Positions 24,187 to 37,400 of a DNA stretch of 64,000 nucleotides are shown here, piece after piece. The stretch is from NCBI RefSeq assembly GCF_964194155.1, contig NC_135879.1, forward strand, positions 38,378,001 to 38,442,000, read 5' to 3'. Below the pieces are notes generated by a model. The model was not told where the DNA came from and did not search any database. It saw nothing but the letters and a program-made list of their open reading frames with translations. This DNA is from Cetorhinus maximus (lineage: Eukaryota). Within the stretch, counting starts at the first letter, position 1. Every line of letters begins with the position of its first letter. Both the position numbers and the translations under genes were made by a program.

Positions 24187-25215
24187 GCCCTGCACCTAGC
24201 CCCCACTCAGCAAACAAATACCAACTGCCTGGGGTTCACCAAACACCCACTGCTCCCCAGTCCCTATCAGGGCCTGCTATTGGATGCAGGCAGTAATAAC
24301 TCATTAGTTCTCAGTGTCTAGAGTTATACACGTGGTCCACATGAGGCAACCAACACTTACTGAGTTTAAGAGCAGGTAGCTTCTATTGCGACTGGGTTAC
24401 TTCAAAAAGCAGCCCAAGAGGAGCTGAAATCCCAGTCTGAACAAAGTAGCCAGGAGTCCCAGACTGTTGTTCCTTAACTCACGCAAAGGAGTAGACAGGC
24501 CATCGGCTGAATTTGAACGGCACGCATCAGAGATCAGAAAGATTATGTCAATTAAATCTTATTTGCATTTTTGGAAAATCTCAAAACTTCAGAGGCCTAT
24601 TGTGGGATTGCAAGAGAGGTTTCATTTTACAGAGAAATTGTACATTACAAATGAAGAGAAAGCAATGGACAGAGTGCACACGAGAGAGCAGAGGAAGTAC
24701 GCAAGAGATAACCAGCTGAGGGAGCCAAGAGAGTGCATGAGAGCACAAGAGGTGACATGCAATAGAATCTGCCATTTGATAATTTGATCTCATTTGATAA
24801 TTACATCTCATACCATGCATACCACAGCTTGGAATTGCTATTTTATTGTATGTTAGTGACTGTTTTATATTTATGGCCCCTAGTTTTGGATTTTCCCACA
24901 GGTGGAAGAATAGGCCAAGATAATGTCAAAAGTATGTCATTCCCAACGTTGTAACCAGAACTGTGCACCACTTCCACTTTCTCTCTTTTTGCCTTTTTCC
25001 ACGTGATTATAATTACAATTCTAAGTGCCAGCAGCATGCATGCAAAACATGCAATTTAGCTCCAGGGGATACTTTTCATTGGTGAAACCTGCCATCAGCT
25101 GGCAATGCAGCATCTATGGGTGGCCAATTAAAGAGACTCCTGTTCAAACAGGGAGGCTGTGCATCACAACCCGCATGTTCCACCACTGGCTGAAAATAGC
25201 ATAATCTTCGCAGAA

Positions 25216-26915
25216 ATGTCTGAATCTCTCAGCAGACTATCCCCAAGTTTCAGCAATGCCTCTCTGCGCATTCTCCTCCAGGCCGTCAGGGAAAAGCGGG
25301 AGGTGCTCTTTCCTGAAGATACCAAGGCAGCCTGGATGGAGGTTGCAACCATGGGATCACCTGCCGAACCTGGGTCCAGTGCAGAAAATGGAGTAACAAC
25401 CTGCTCTGATCCGCAAGGATAAGTGCCAGTTTCGCATCTTCAACAGGAGCCTCTCGCATGGTCCTCAGTAGTGTAGATGTGCGAGTGGGCAGCAATGCTA
25501 GAAGAGTGCATGTGTGATTAGCCTTAGTACCACATGGCAATTGAGGCCAAAATGTCTGGAAGTTTGTCTTTTGTCTGCACTTAGATGCAACATTTGAATG
25601 ACCCAGCCGTATGTATGTGTGGTGGGGATGGATACAGACAAGGCGGGGTAAGTGTCACTTGACATGTCACCAACTCTGCACTTTGTCATGCAGGACAAGC
25701 AGACCCACAATGTCAGGGAGAGGAAACACACAAGAGGAGGTATTCCAGACCTGAGACTCCTCACAGCTGCCAAGGAAGAAGCAATGGAGATCACTGACGA
25801 GGAGGGAATGCAATCGGTAGCAGATGGCGAGGCTGGACCAACCAGGAGTAAGGTGGAAGAGGCAAACCAACCTGCTGGTGGCAAATGAGCACATAGGATG
25901 GTTGTAATGAAATGTGAAGCACTTAAACTGTGATGATTCTGAAAGCAATTCTTTTTGTTTTCCACTCCATTCATCACCATCCAAGGACCAGGCTGCAGCC
26001 AAGATAGGAGTCAGAAGACGGCACCTCTGGGGATGAAGCAGTCACTGCCCCAGAGGATACATCGTCATTTGCCTCACCATCTACCTCAGCCAGCACAGTT
26101 ACACACACGTGATCCACGGAGGGTTCGCATGAAGATTTGGGAGCACAACCTGGCGAGCACAATGCAGACATACCCCAGCAGGTGAGGGAGGATGTGACAG
26201 CCGCATCCACAGAGGATCGGAGGACTTCTAGAGATCAGGCTCTCGCTGAGCCCATGCTGATGACAGGCCTCGGTTCGTGACCACAAGAAGCCCACTGGAC
26301 ATGCTTTAGAGGCTAGGGGAAAATATGGTGGAGATGCCAGGGGTTATGCACAGCTTTGCACGGGATATGAAGGAATCCATGCTAGCCATGAGTTCTTGCA
26401 TGTCCCAGGATTTGAGTGCGTGTCTTCATCCATGGAGACAATGGCGACTGCCCTGGAGAGCCAGGTCAAGCATTCCATCACTCTAGCCATGGAGTCAGTG
26501 CAGCAGTGGATAAGTGGGTGGGCAACAAGGCACTTGGACCTCCCTCCAGGAGCTCCTTCCCCTCAAGGAGACAGGGAGGTGCCATCACGCATCCAGATTA
26601 AGGAGGAATGCCTGCCAGCTGCCCCAGGACCTTCGTCTCAGGCACCCCCAGGGTTAGCGATTGCTTCCTCACCCTCTCCACCATTGACCCCCAACAGCTC
26701 CAGCTGGTGAGGCCAAGAGGGATGCCCTTCCACCAGTGCTGAAGAACCCCACCAGTAGGCTGGACCCCTTAATGTCCCACGCCTCCAGAGGACGCCCGCC
26801 ATGGTCATCCAAGGCAAAGGGGCATGAAACTGAGCAGACAGCCTCCACCTCAGTTGCTGATGTCGAGTTTGCACTGAGATGTAGTGGAAGAAAAAGAAAA
26901 TTGAAAAAAGTATGA
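25216..26915 (+). pseudogene. Harbinger Myb/SANT-like gene, spliced and degenerate
   Basis: SPSFSNASLRILLQAVREKREVLFP..AAWMEVA; exon 2 DKQTHNVRERKHTRGGIPDLRLLT after a tgcAG acceptor. Confidence 0.75.
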
Positions 26916-27649
26916 GCGCTAAGGTGGCATATTTGATTTTTCCATTTAGTTTTGCATTAATAAAAAATGCACAATATAATTTTTTTGTTTAATCATTCAT
27001 AGTTATTGAGAATTGTTGGGGCATGTCGTATTATCTGATGTAACAGTCATGGCCTGCCCCATGTTTCTCACAATATGATGGCTAGAGAGGAGATAGAGAA
27101 ACAGACATTATTCCTGAATGAGATGTGTTGTGTCTTCGTGCATTCTTTATTGAATGTTCATGTGAATTGTTACTCCTGCGATGATCATTCTGTGAAACAT
27201 GGCTTTAAATGCAGACGCAGAATGCTTCCCTATGTGTACACTCTGGAGGATATTGGTCCACTTAATCAGCTATAAATGAGACAGGTGTAGTTGCATTCAA
27301 AGCACTTGAACTATGGTGCTTGATCAGAATAATTGGGCAAGGCAAGCTGTTATGTGGATGTCCATGTACCCCTAAGATGTTCCTAGTTCCAGATCTCACT
27401 AGTGAGTGTGTGACAAAGCTCTGCTCTCCATTCTATTCTAGGTGGTAGAGGATGCAGATTTAGAGTTAACCCGACAGGGGAGGATGGCAGAGCTAGGTGT
27501 ACACCCCAGGAAGGCGATGGAAGTCAGGCAATGGAACAATGGTCATGCAGTTGCATTATTGTTGTACAAATCTTGTGCAGATCAGGTTGTCCCTAGCATC
27601 TCTTGCATGTCTCTCCACGGCCCTGAAATTCATGAAAGGCTCACTTGGA

Positions 27650-28858
27650 TTTACGTGCTCTCCCTCATGCTCTGACAAATCCTCCTTGTCTAAGGAGGGC
27701 TGATCTTCCTCACGCTCTTCCCCTTGCAACATCTGTCTGCTTTGCAGTGCTCAGTTGTGCAGTGCATAGTAGACCACTATTATTTGTGACACCCGCAGGG
27801 GTACGTATTGCAGGAGACCCTCCAGACTGGTGAAGGCAGCGGAAGCACATTTTAAGAAGACCAATGGTGTGCTCGATGATGTCTCTAGTGGACACATGAG
27901 CTTGATTATTAGCACTTCTCTGCCTCACTCTGGGGATGCCTCACAGTCACCATCAGCCATGTACACAGGGGGTAGCCCTTGTCACCAAGGGTTCATCCAT
28001 CAACTTAGACTGCGACTTCAAAAAACTCTGGGAGCCTTGAATTGCACCAGATACATGCTTTGTGACAGTTCCCTGGGAAACACAGGTCTACATTATTCTT
28101 CTCCTGTGGTCATATACCAGCTGTATGTTCATGGAGTGAAAGCCTTTATGATTTACAAATGCAGCTGGTTCTCTGGGAGCTTTTATGGCCACATGAGTGC
28201 AGTCAACTTACACTCAAGGAACCCAGTGATGACAGCGAATTCAGCTGACTTTGCAGCCTGGCTGTTGTCTTCAGTGGTGAAGTGAGTAAAATAATTGACA
28301 TGACTAAATAGGGCATCAGTCACCTCCCTTATGCACCTATGTGTGGCAGCATGTGAAATGCCACATATGTTGGCCGTCGCGTCTTGGAAGCCACAGCTGC
28401 ATAGAAAATGAGCACCACTTTAACCTTGAGGGTGTGGGGTTCCACTAAAGCTGAATTCACTGTCATCACTGGGTTCACTTTGTTTCCTCGAGTGCAAGCT
28501 GACTGCACTCATGTGGCCATAAAAACTCCCAGGGACCAGCCAGTTGCATTTGTATCAAGACATCTTGATGAACGTCTTGAATCCGACATATCTCAGTGAC
28601 CATTTCCCAGGGCATCCTTGGATGTCTCTGGCATAGCCTTTCTGACATCTGGTGATAGTTTGTTCTTGTCCTCTGAATGCGTTGACATGCCACTGCCTGT
28701 CTTGGCCGATGCCTTCCCTGGATGTCTGCATCCAGACCAGCCTGCCCCTCTGGTGCTGCCTGCCGTTGGCTTTGCAGCCTCTGTTGTTGGACAGCAAGAG
28801 CTTTTCTTTCTCTCCTCCTGCTCCCAAAGCTGCAGGAAACTTGGGTGAATGAGACCAT
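27650..28858 (-). pseudogene. Harbinger transposase pseudogene
   Basis: HVSTRDIIEHTIGLLKMCFRCLHQSGG; GDKGYP-like gtgacaagggctaccc on -; DCTHVAI. Confidence 0.85.
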
Positions 28859-30039
28859 GGTTATGGCAGTAATTGCATGATGTGAAGAGGGCAGACATAC
28901 ATGTGAGAGCATGCTCGTCCATTGTTCTCTTCCATTTAACTAATTATTAGGGAGTCCCTTTAATTGGCCAATTTGGTGCAACATAAACTCAATCCATGCA
29001 AAACGACCCTCGTCCCACTTCAATCTGCGATCCTTGCAACTAAATGTGCCTTTTCAGCGAGCCAAATGGTGCGTGTTACACTCGGAACACGATCCCATAC
29101 CTTCTACCCTCCCCCTGTCACCCTCACACTCACCCCCATCACCTTTGACCTACCCAACATAATCTTTCCTCTCCCCTCTGTTATCTTTGAATCTCCCCCA
29201 TTACCATTTCCCTGCATATGCCATTTCTCCCCTCTGTGCCAACACCCGTGACCATCCCAATGCCCAATCTGAACCTGAACCCTCCCAATATCCTCCTTAA
29301 TGTATTTTTCTCTCCCTTGACCCACCCCATGAGATCTTCCAATACCTGGCCCTGATTCCGGACCTGCCTCCATACCAAGAACAACTTCCCCCTTTGACTG
29401 TGACTGTTTCCTCCGCCACACAGCATCCTCAATTCGACATTCAGGATCCCACCATTGATAGCACCAACAATGGCCTTTAAACCCTTCCTCCATCTCTTGG
29501 TTTCTGCTTGACCTGCCCACCTTCATCCCCTTACAGGACCACGACACCCAGGATGATTGGGTCTTTCCTCGCACCTTCTTGACCTGAACATTATCCTCTG
29601 TCCATCCTCCCTTCCCTCCACTGCACCACCCAGCACCTAACCATCAACTATTCAACATCTACCACCTTGTGCCACAGAGTTGAACATGAAAACCTGCTTA
29701 CCTTAGTCGCAACTCCACAAAGCTGGCTGGTGCACGCCACCTTTAAACAGCTGTGAACTGGGTGCCACGAGATTCTTCTGCACCGCTGACTTTATCCCGG
29801 GGGTAGTACTTTATTGAAAATTGTTCCGTGTTAATGAGTATTCATGGCATGCAAATACATTACAAGTACAAAGCCATCTCAGGCCGGCATAATTTTCAAC
29901 ATGCGGTAAACATGCGCTGACTTTATCGCTACATCTTAACTCACCGTCGGGAATTTGAAATTTTGCATCCCGCCTAATTAAGTCAGCCCACATGCCACGT
30001 TTCCCTCTCTTGTGGGCTGCTTGAAATCTCTCCCATATT

Positions 30040-32000
30040 CTCTATGTATAAAGAGAAACTATTTTCTCTGATGGGGAGTCCAGAGCAAGGGGGTAGAACC
30101 TCTCACCCAAAACGTTGTTTAGGTTAGGTTAAATGAAAATTTCAAAGTTTCAAATTTTTCTTACCCAAGTGTATAAAGGGTTACAGAAACAAAATGAGTA
30201 GATGTAGCTATATGGATTAACCATGTTCAAATTGATTGGAGGAGCAGGCATGAGCAGCTGAATGGCTGAACTGTAGTTCCCTGGAGTTTTTCTATCTTCC
30301 TTTTTAAATATAGAAATAACATTAGCTATCCATCGGTCCTCGGGGACTATTTCCTTTAATCATGATTTTTTTTCAATTTAATTGATTGTACCTCTTCTAT
30401 TTTCCCTTCTTCTAATATACATGTGTGCAATCCATCTAGACCAGGGTTTTATCCCTTCTAAGTTTGACTAATTTATCAATTATCTGCCTCCTTTTGTTAT
30501 AAAATGTCTTGATATCTTTTTTGATCTTTTCTTCTAATGTCATGTCCAGCCTATTTGTTTCCCTAGTAAATATTGAGGCAATGTAATTATTAATTATTTC
30601 TACCATTTCAATGTCATTACCTACAAGTTTATTTTGTACATCCCTTAATATCCCTATCCTTAACATGATTTCGTTTTTTTATTTATGCGTCTGTAGAATA
30701 TATTTTTTATATTCCTTGATAATTTCATTCCTCTTTGGCTTACTAATTGTATTTATTTCTTTCCTAAGCTCTTCATATTCCCTTTTGTCATTCTCTGCTT
30801 TATTTTCTCTGTACTTAGTTTATTCTGACTTTATTTTGTTTCGATGTTGCCCTTACCTCTCTATTTATTTTCTTCTTTACCTCTGAAACGTTTGCAATCA
30901 TCTTCAGCCAAAAGTGCTGAGTGGATGATCCACCTCAGCCTCCTCCTGAGGTCACTACCATCAGATGCCAGCCTTCAGCCAATTTGATTCACTCCACGTG
31001 ATATCAAGAAGTGGCTGAGTGCGCCTTGGGCTGTGACAAGTTCCTGGCAGTAGTGCTAAAGGCTTGTGCTCCAGATCTAGCTGCTCCTCTAGCCAAGTTG
31101 TTCCAGTACAGCTGTAATTTCGCTCTAACGAACAAAGTGGAGAGTTGCCCAGATACGTCCTCTTCAAAATAAGCGGGAAAAATTCAATCCAGCATGTTAT
31201 AGTTCATCAGCCTCCTCTCAATCATCAGCAAAGTGATAGAAGGTGTCATTGACAGTGCCATCAGGCAACAATTACCAATAACCTGCTCACTGATGCTCAG
31301 TTTAGGTTCCATCAGGGCCACCTGGCTCTAGACATCATTATAGCCTTGATCCAAACATGGAAAAAAGAGTTGAATTCCAGAGGTGAGGTTGGAATGATTG
31401 CAGGCAGCGGTTGATCAATTATGGCATCAAGAAACTCTAGTAAAATTGAAGTCAGTGGGAGTCAGGAAAAGTCTCCACCACCTTCTCAAGGGACATGAGG
31501 GATGGACAATAAATGCTGGCCTTGCCAGTTTCACCCATATCCCATAAATTAATTTAAAAAAGGAATTAATCCATGCTGTTTCATTATTGGCTAGTTTGTT
31601 TTTGCTTTAGACAGAATTTATTTCTCTGGAATTCTATTGATCACATTTTTAAATATTCCCATTGTGTTTCTAACCTCTTGGTTTGTCAATATTTTTTTCC
31701 TGTGTATCCTCTCTCGTTCCATTCCCATCTCCTCAATATTAGCTTTTTTCGATCTGTTACGTTAATATTGTCTTAATATGTCTTACTCAATAATTATCTT
31801 AAAATCTATATTGTTTTCAACATTACCTCGATGCTCACCGACACTTTTCTTATCTGTTCTGGTTCATTTTCCATTACAACATCCATTATTGATTGCACCC
31901 TTGTTGGACTTCTTTCAAATTGAGTAAGAAAGAAGCCCTGTGCACACTATAAAAACCCCATTCCATATTCCTCTTTCTCTACCTCTTCTTACTAGCTTAT
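30040..32000. mobile_element. Nested LINE relics: CR1 on -, RT fragment plus tail on + at ~30890-31560
   Basis: EMVEIINNYIASIFTRE on -; SLLSIISKVIE..DAQFRF on +. Confidence 0.65.
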
Positions 32001-32099
32001 TTGTGGGTAGTTGAAATTTTTGGCTTTTTCATGTCTGCACAATGGGGCAGGGAGCAAGGGAGGGAGCTGTGGAATCGGGTGGGAGTCGTCATTTCGGGC

Positions 32100-33213
32100 A
32101 TCCACTGCCAGGATCTTTGGGCAGAATTATGCCAGCAGCGGGGAGGCAGCGAGGGGGAGATGCCACATGTAAAAAACGAGAAGACAATTGTTAAAGAGGT
32201 AATTATGCTGCATTTGCATGCCTCTGATTGGAATTAAATATTACTTTCTGAATTAAACTCGTGGTGTGTGGGGGTCAGATCCCCGACCTTACAAAAGTTG
32301 TGGTGTCCAGGCAAGGCCTCAAACTCAGAGGCGAAGGTCAGCCATTGCGGAGCATCCTTCTATTGGATGGAATCTGCTGCCGAAAGAGGAGAGGAGGCCG
32401 GCAAACTCACAAAGCTGAGGGGCAGCTCAGAGGACCAGAAGCCAGAACTGCAAACCTTTGGGGAATGGCCAGGCCTGAGGACCACTACAGGATATTCCCT
32501 CCAAGAACAGCAGTCAGTAAAGACGGAGTGAACGAGACATGAGACTCATCCACCCAGCCCACCTGCACCCCGGAGTAGTGGGCAGTGGGAGGGTGGACCA
32601 GGCACCAGAGCCAGCAATGTCAGTGCAGCAGCAGCAAAAGGTGCAGGTGAATGAAGTGGTAGATGGCTAAGGTGGCAGGTGGGTGAGGTGGTGGGTGGAT
32701 AGGGTAGCAGGTATGTAGGGTGGTAGGTGGGTAGGATAGCATGTGGGTGAGGTGGTAAGTGGATCGGGAGTGGTCAGTTCAGGAGGGGTAGTCAGGTCAG
32801 GCTGGTAGGGGTCAGAGGGGTAGTCAGGTGGTCAGAGAGGGTAGTTGGGTCAGGATTGTAGGGGAGCTCAAGAGTTAGTCGGGGGGTTTGGGGCTTAGTT
32901 GGGGGTTGAGGGGGGAATTAAGGTGGGGGGGGTCTGTGTGATTGACTGGGAATTCAGTTCTGTAGTTAGCCAGGAGTTAGACTAGGATTTTTCTGTCTAA
33001 CATTTCCTGGGTAACTATTCAAGTAAGTCCAATGGAATCGTTCAAAGTCTCTGACTCTAGCCCAGAGAACGGACGAATTGCCCATCAATTGCAGTTAAAA
33101 CTAGCCAAGCAATTCCCATACAGGTCAGCACATCAGTTTTCTCTGGGGTCTTGCTGAATATCTTGAATCAAACGTCCAGTCTCAGACAATAAGAAAGCCG
33201 GAAGATCTGGGCC
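32100..33213. mobile_element. G-rich MITE family, second copy (relative of 10005-10807)
   Basis: gtagtcagg G-rich tract, then a segment homologous to 10551-10807, ending gaagatctgggcc. Left boundary uncertain. Confidence 0.55.
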
Positions 33214-33214
33214 T

Positions 33215-33445
33215 GAGGGGTTGTTTCTGCTGGCTGAGGAATCTGGAACGTGGGGCACAGTCACAGGATAAGGGGCTAATCATTTAGGACTGAGATGAGG
33301 AGAAATTTCTTCACTGAAAGGGCTGTGAATCTTTGGAATTTTTACCCCAGAGTGTTGTGGATGCTCTATCCAGTCTATTTAAGACTGAGATAGATCTTTC
33401 AGAGAATCAAGGGATATGGGGAGCGGACAGGAAAGTGGAGCTGAA
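33215..33445 (+). mobile_element. CR1 3' UTR fragment
   Basis: ttaggactgagatgaggagaaatttcttcac..gtgaatctttggaat..atcaagggatatggggag. Confidence 0.7.
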
Positions 33446-35170
33446 GCCCAGCTCTTTCCAATGCTCCACAGCGGCATGTGCGGGCTAGCCCAGACACTAC
33501 TACATTATGCAGTTTGCCAATGCCCTATTTAAGAGGGCTGGAGAGTTTGTGCTCCACCGCTGTACTCCCTCTTGATGCGCATTGGCACCTCCCTGCCTGC
33601 TGGAGATGGAAGGGCATTCGGAAGGGAGACCAGGCACCTTGTCCCCCTCTTGCCCAGCCACTGCTGCCAAGAACTCATCACCAGAGTGATGGCATGCAGG
33701 TCTGCGTGCATTTCCGACAGCCACTGAATGGTCTGCTGGATCTGGTTCTCCATGAGGTTCACCAGGCTCTCCATGGAGGAAGCCATGTGCTCAACACCTG
33801 AGACAAGGTTGCACTCATGACCTGGACGGACTCCTCCATCATCTCTCTATGGCTATGCATCGTCGGTGGCAGCGGTCCCTCAGAATTGAGAATGACGTCC
33901 GTCAGGCTTGGTGAGACTTCAGATGACTGAGGAGCCCAATTCTGGATCTACATGTTTTTCCACAGTGGGGGTACATTGTTGCGTAGGGGAGTGGAAATCT
34001 CAGCCCCGGGTTGGCTTCCTTCTCCTTTCTCTGCCGCACCTGTTCCGCCTCGCTGTCAAGTAGCTGAGCCTTGAAGTAGCTTACGCCTTGATGGACCAGG
34101 TGTTCTATGCTGAGCCATCAGCGGCATTCTCCTCCCAGTCAATGGTGTTAATGACTTCGTGCTTCAGGGCAACCTTGGACGTATTCTTATACCTTTTCCA
34201 ATGGTTGCCCTTTGAGCATTGGCCAACGGAGAGCTGTGAGAAGAGAACCTGTCATGGAGGTGGTTTTTGGGCACCCGGACGCAAATGCCTGTCCATCTGA
34301 GTTGGTTCCACAGAGCAAGGCTTCATTGCTGGTAGACACAGCTTCATGGATGATGTTGCGTTAGTCCAGCGGTTGTCCCATTTGATCCCCAGGTTTTGAT
34401 GCAAGCACCGCTGATGGAAGCTCTCAAGGATCACTCAAGGATCTCAAGGCTATGCGTAACCTCTGGCAGTAGAACTAGATGTTCCTGCAACTCCATTAAG
34501 TCCTGAGTGGCCAACACCAGAGGCCCGTCATCAGCATGGGCCTGGCCTCCAACAGTCCTCCAACTGTCAGGTCCCTTGGCTGTCTCATCCTCCATCATCT
34601 ACTCCTGCGTGTCTATGAGGTGCTCACCAGCTTGTGACCTCGAACCAATTCGTGAACACATACCCACTGAGGTGAATGTATCTGTACTGATGTAGCATGT
34701 CAGGGAAAGATATGGTGCTGCATCCTCTGATTTTGATGCCCTCCTCCTCAGAAGTGGACCAGAGGGCCACTGTTAAGGCAGCAGCCCATCCCTCCAGTAC
34801 ACAAAAACCTGCATTGGAGGACACAAACAATTAGGGCAAAGGCCTGGCAATCCCTCTTCACTTCCAAGCTTCCTATGAATTACCTTTCTGCCCAGAAGTG
34901 GATACCAAGCTCGAGACCTCCTCACTGTCTTCACTCTACAGTCCAATCTTGCCCGCCGCTATAGCCCAGCCTCCCTGCTTTCCAGCCAGGTGGAGAGCCT
35001 CCTTCTCAACAGATGTCAGGCTGCATACATCTGGCTCACCTCCATCCATCTTCACCCTTTCCCTGATGTTGTGGGCCCTTTCCTGCTGCAGGTGGAAGGG
35101 GAAAGTGAGTCTCCTCACAATTATCAACTGACCCTTAATCAGTTGGTATCCATCTGATACACAGTGGGGG
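33446..35170 (-). pseudogene. Harbinger Myb-like gene relic, interrupted by an RTE
   Basis: QERAHNIRERVKMDGGEPDVCSLT (exon 2 homolog); MASSMESLV..MHADLHAI (exon 3 homolog). Confidence 0.65.
34070..34440 (-). mobile_element. RTE-clade LINE C-terminal fragment
   Basis: LESFHQRCLHQNLGIKWDNRWTNA..QLRWTG. Confidence 0.7.
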
Positions 35171-35213
35171 TTCCTGGATCTCTCATACATATGTCCACCC
35201 TCATGAGACTTGG

Positions 35214-37400
35214 AATCACAGAATCACACAGTGCAGAAGAGGCCCTTCGGCCCATCGAGTCTGCACCGACACGTGAGAAACACCTGACCTACCTACCTAA
35301 CCCCATTTACCAGCACTTGGCCCGTAGCCTTGAATGTTATGACGTGCCAAGTGCTCATCCAGATACTTTTTAAAGGATGTGAGGCAACCCGCCTCCACCA
35401 CCATGCCAGGCAGTGCATTCCAGACCGTCACCACCCTCTGGGTAAAAAAGCTTTTCCTCACATCCCCCTTAAACCTCCTATCCCTCACCTTGAACTTATG
35501 TCCCCTCGTGACTGACCCTTCAACTAAGGGGAACAGCTGTTCCCTATCCACCCTGTCCATGCCCCTCATAATCTTGTGCACCTCGATCAGGTCGCCCCTC
35601 AGTCTTCTCTGCTCCAATGAAAACAACCCAAGTCTATTCAACCTCTCTTCATAACTTAAATGTTTCATCCCAGGCAACATCCTGGTGAATCTCCTCTGCA
35701 CCCCCTCCAGTGTAATCACATCCTTCCTATAATGTGGCCTCCAGGACTGAACACAGTACTCCAGCTGTGGCCTCACCTAGGTTCTATACAACTCCAACAT
35801 GACCTCCCTACTTTTGTAATCTATGCCTCGATTGATAAAGGCAAGTATCCCATAAGCCTTTTTCACCACCCCACTAACATGCCCCTCCGCCTTCAGAGAT
35901 CTATGGACATACGTGCCAAGGTCCCTTTGTTCCTCAGAACTGCCTAGTGTCATGCCGTTCATTGAATACTTCCTTGTCAAATTACGCCTTCCAAAGTGTA
36001 TCACCTCACACTTTTCAGGTTTAAATTCCATCTGCCACTTAACTGCCCATTTGACCATCCCGTCTATATCTTCCTGTAGCCCAAGACACTCAATCTCACT
36101 ATTAACCACCCGGCCAATCTTTGTGTCGTACGCAAACTTACTAATCCTACTCCCCACATCGTCATCTATGTTGTTTATATAAATGACAAATATTAGGGGA
36201 CCCAGCACAGATCCCTGTGGTACGCCACTGGACACTGGCTTCCAGTCACTAAAGCATCCTTCTGTCATCACCCTCTGTCTCCTACAACTAATCCAATTTT
36301 GAATCCATCTTATCAAATTACCCTGTATCCCATGTGCATTTGCCTTCTTTATAAGTCTCCCATGTGGGACCTTGTCAAAAGCTTTACTGAAATCCATATA
36401 AACTACATTAACTGCACTACCCTCATCTACACACCTGGTCACCTCCTCAAAAAATTCAATCAAATTTGTTAGGCATGACCTCCCTCTGACCAGCTCTTAA
36501 GCCACATATTCATCTGCACTATTCTCCTATTTCTGAGCTCGCTAGCATGTGGCACATGGGAGTAATCCAGAGATTACAACCCAAAAGGTCTTGCTTTTTA
36601 GTCTACTGCCTAACTACCTGAATTCTTGATGCAAGACCTCATCCCTCTTTCTACCTATGTCATTAGTAGCAACATGTACCATGACCTCTGCCTTATCACC
36701 CTCCCCCTTCAGGATGCCCTGCAGCCGTTCAGTGACATCCCGGACCCTGGCACCAGAGAGGCAACATACCATCCAGGAGTCACGTTGACGGCCACAGTAC
36801 CGCCTATCTGTTCCCCTTACTATAGAATCCCCTATTACTATTTATCTTCCTCCCTTCCTCCCCTCCTGTACAGACAGGCTGCTTGTGGTGTCAGAAGCTT
36901 GGCTCTGTCTGCACTCCCTGGAGGAACCAGCGCCCTCATCAGCCTCCAAAATGGAATATCGATTTGTGAGCAGGACCCCAGGGGACTCCTGAACTACCTG
37001 CCTGTTTCTCTTGGACTGCTTTGTGGTCACCCATTCCCTTCCTTCCTCAAGTCCCTTCATCTGCGGTGTGACCACCCCTCTAAATGTGCTATCCACGATG
37101 CTCTCAGTGTCCCTAGCCGCCGTTCCAGCTCTGAAACCCGAGCTTCCAGGAGCTGCAGCTGGACACACTTCCTGCACACATGCTGGCCCCGGGCACTGGA
37201 AATGTTCCCAGCTTCCCACATGGAGCACAAGGAGCACACCACGGCTTTGAGCTCTCCTGCCATGACTTATCCCTTTAAATTAAACCTTTTAAATCAGTTA
37301 CTCTAGGGCTCTTCTTTCCCGATCTTCGTTACTATAGAATATACAAACTATAAACCACAAAACGACCTTAAACTATAAGCGAGTAGTACAACAGCAGGCA
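35214..37400 (-). mobile_element. Relatively young CR1 LINE with a large internal deletion (ORF1 joined to RT)
   Basis: ORF1 MAGELKAVVCSLCSMW..CRKCVQLQLLEARVSELE plus SGNH esterase motifs (GARVRDV, VHVATND). RT 35297-36490: YMDFSKAFDKVPH, GVPQGSVLGP, FAYDTK. Tandem tail gaatcaca at 35214. Confidence 0.92.

Larger units (their letters stand above)
24910..30034. mobile_element. Near full-length two-gene Harbinger E (convergent Myb and transposase), degenerate
   Basis: Myb on + (~25216-26915), transposase on - (~27650-28858), C-rich probable 5' intron 29100-29700, TIR-like gaaatctctccc at ~30034. Left end uncertain. Confidence 0.8.

Noticed and set aside
35297-36463. Active reverse transcriptase or programmed readthrough at TAG 35777-35779
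   Set aside because: The catalytic DD is mutated (FAYDTK) and the endonuclease is deleted, so a simple nonsense mutation is more likely.
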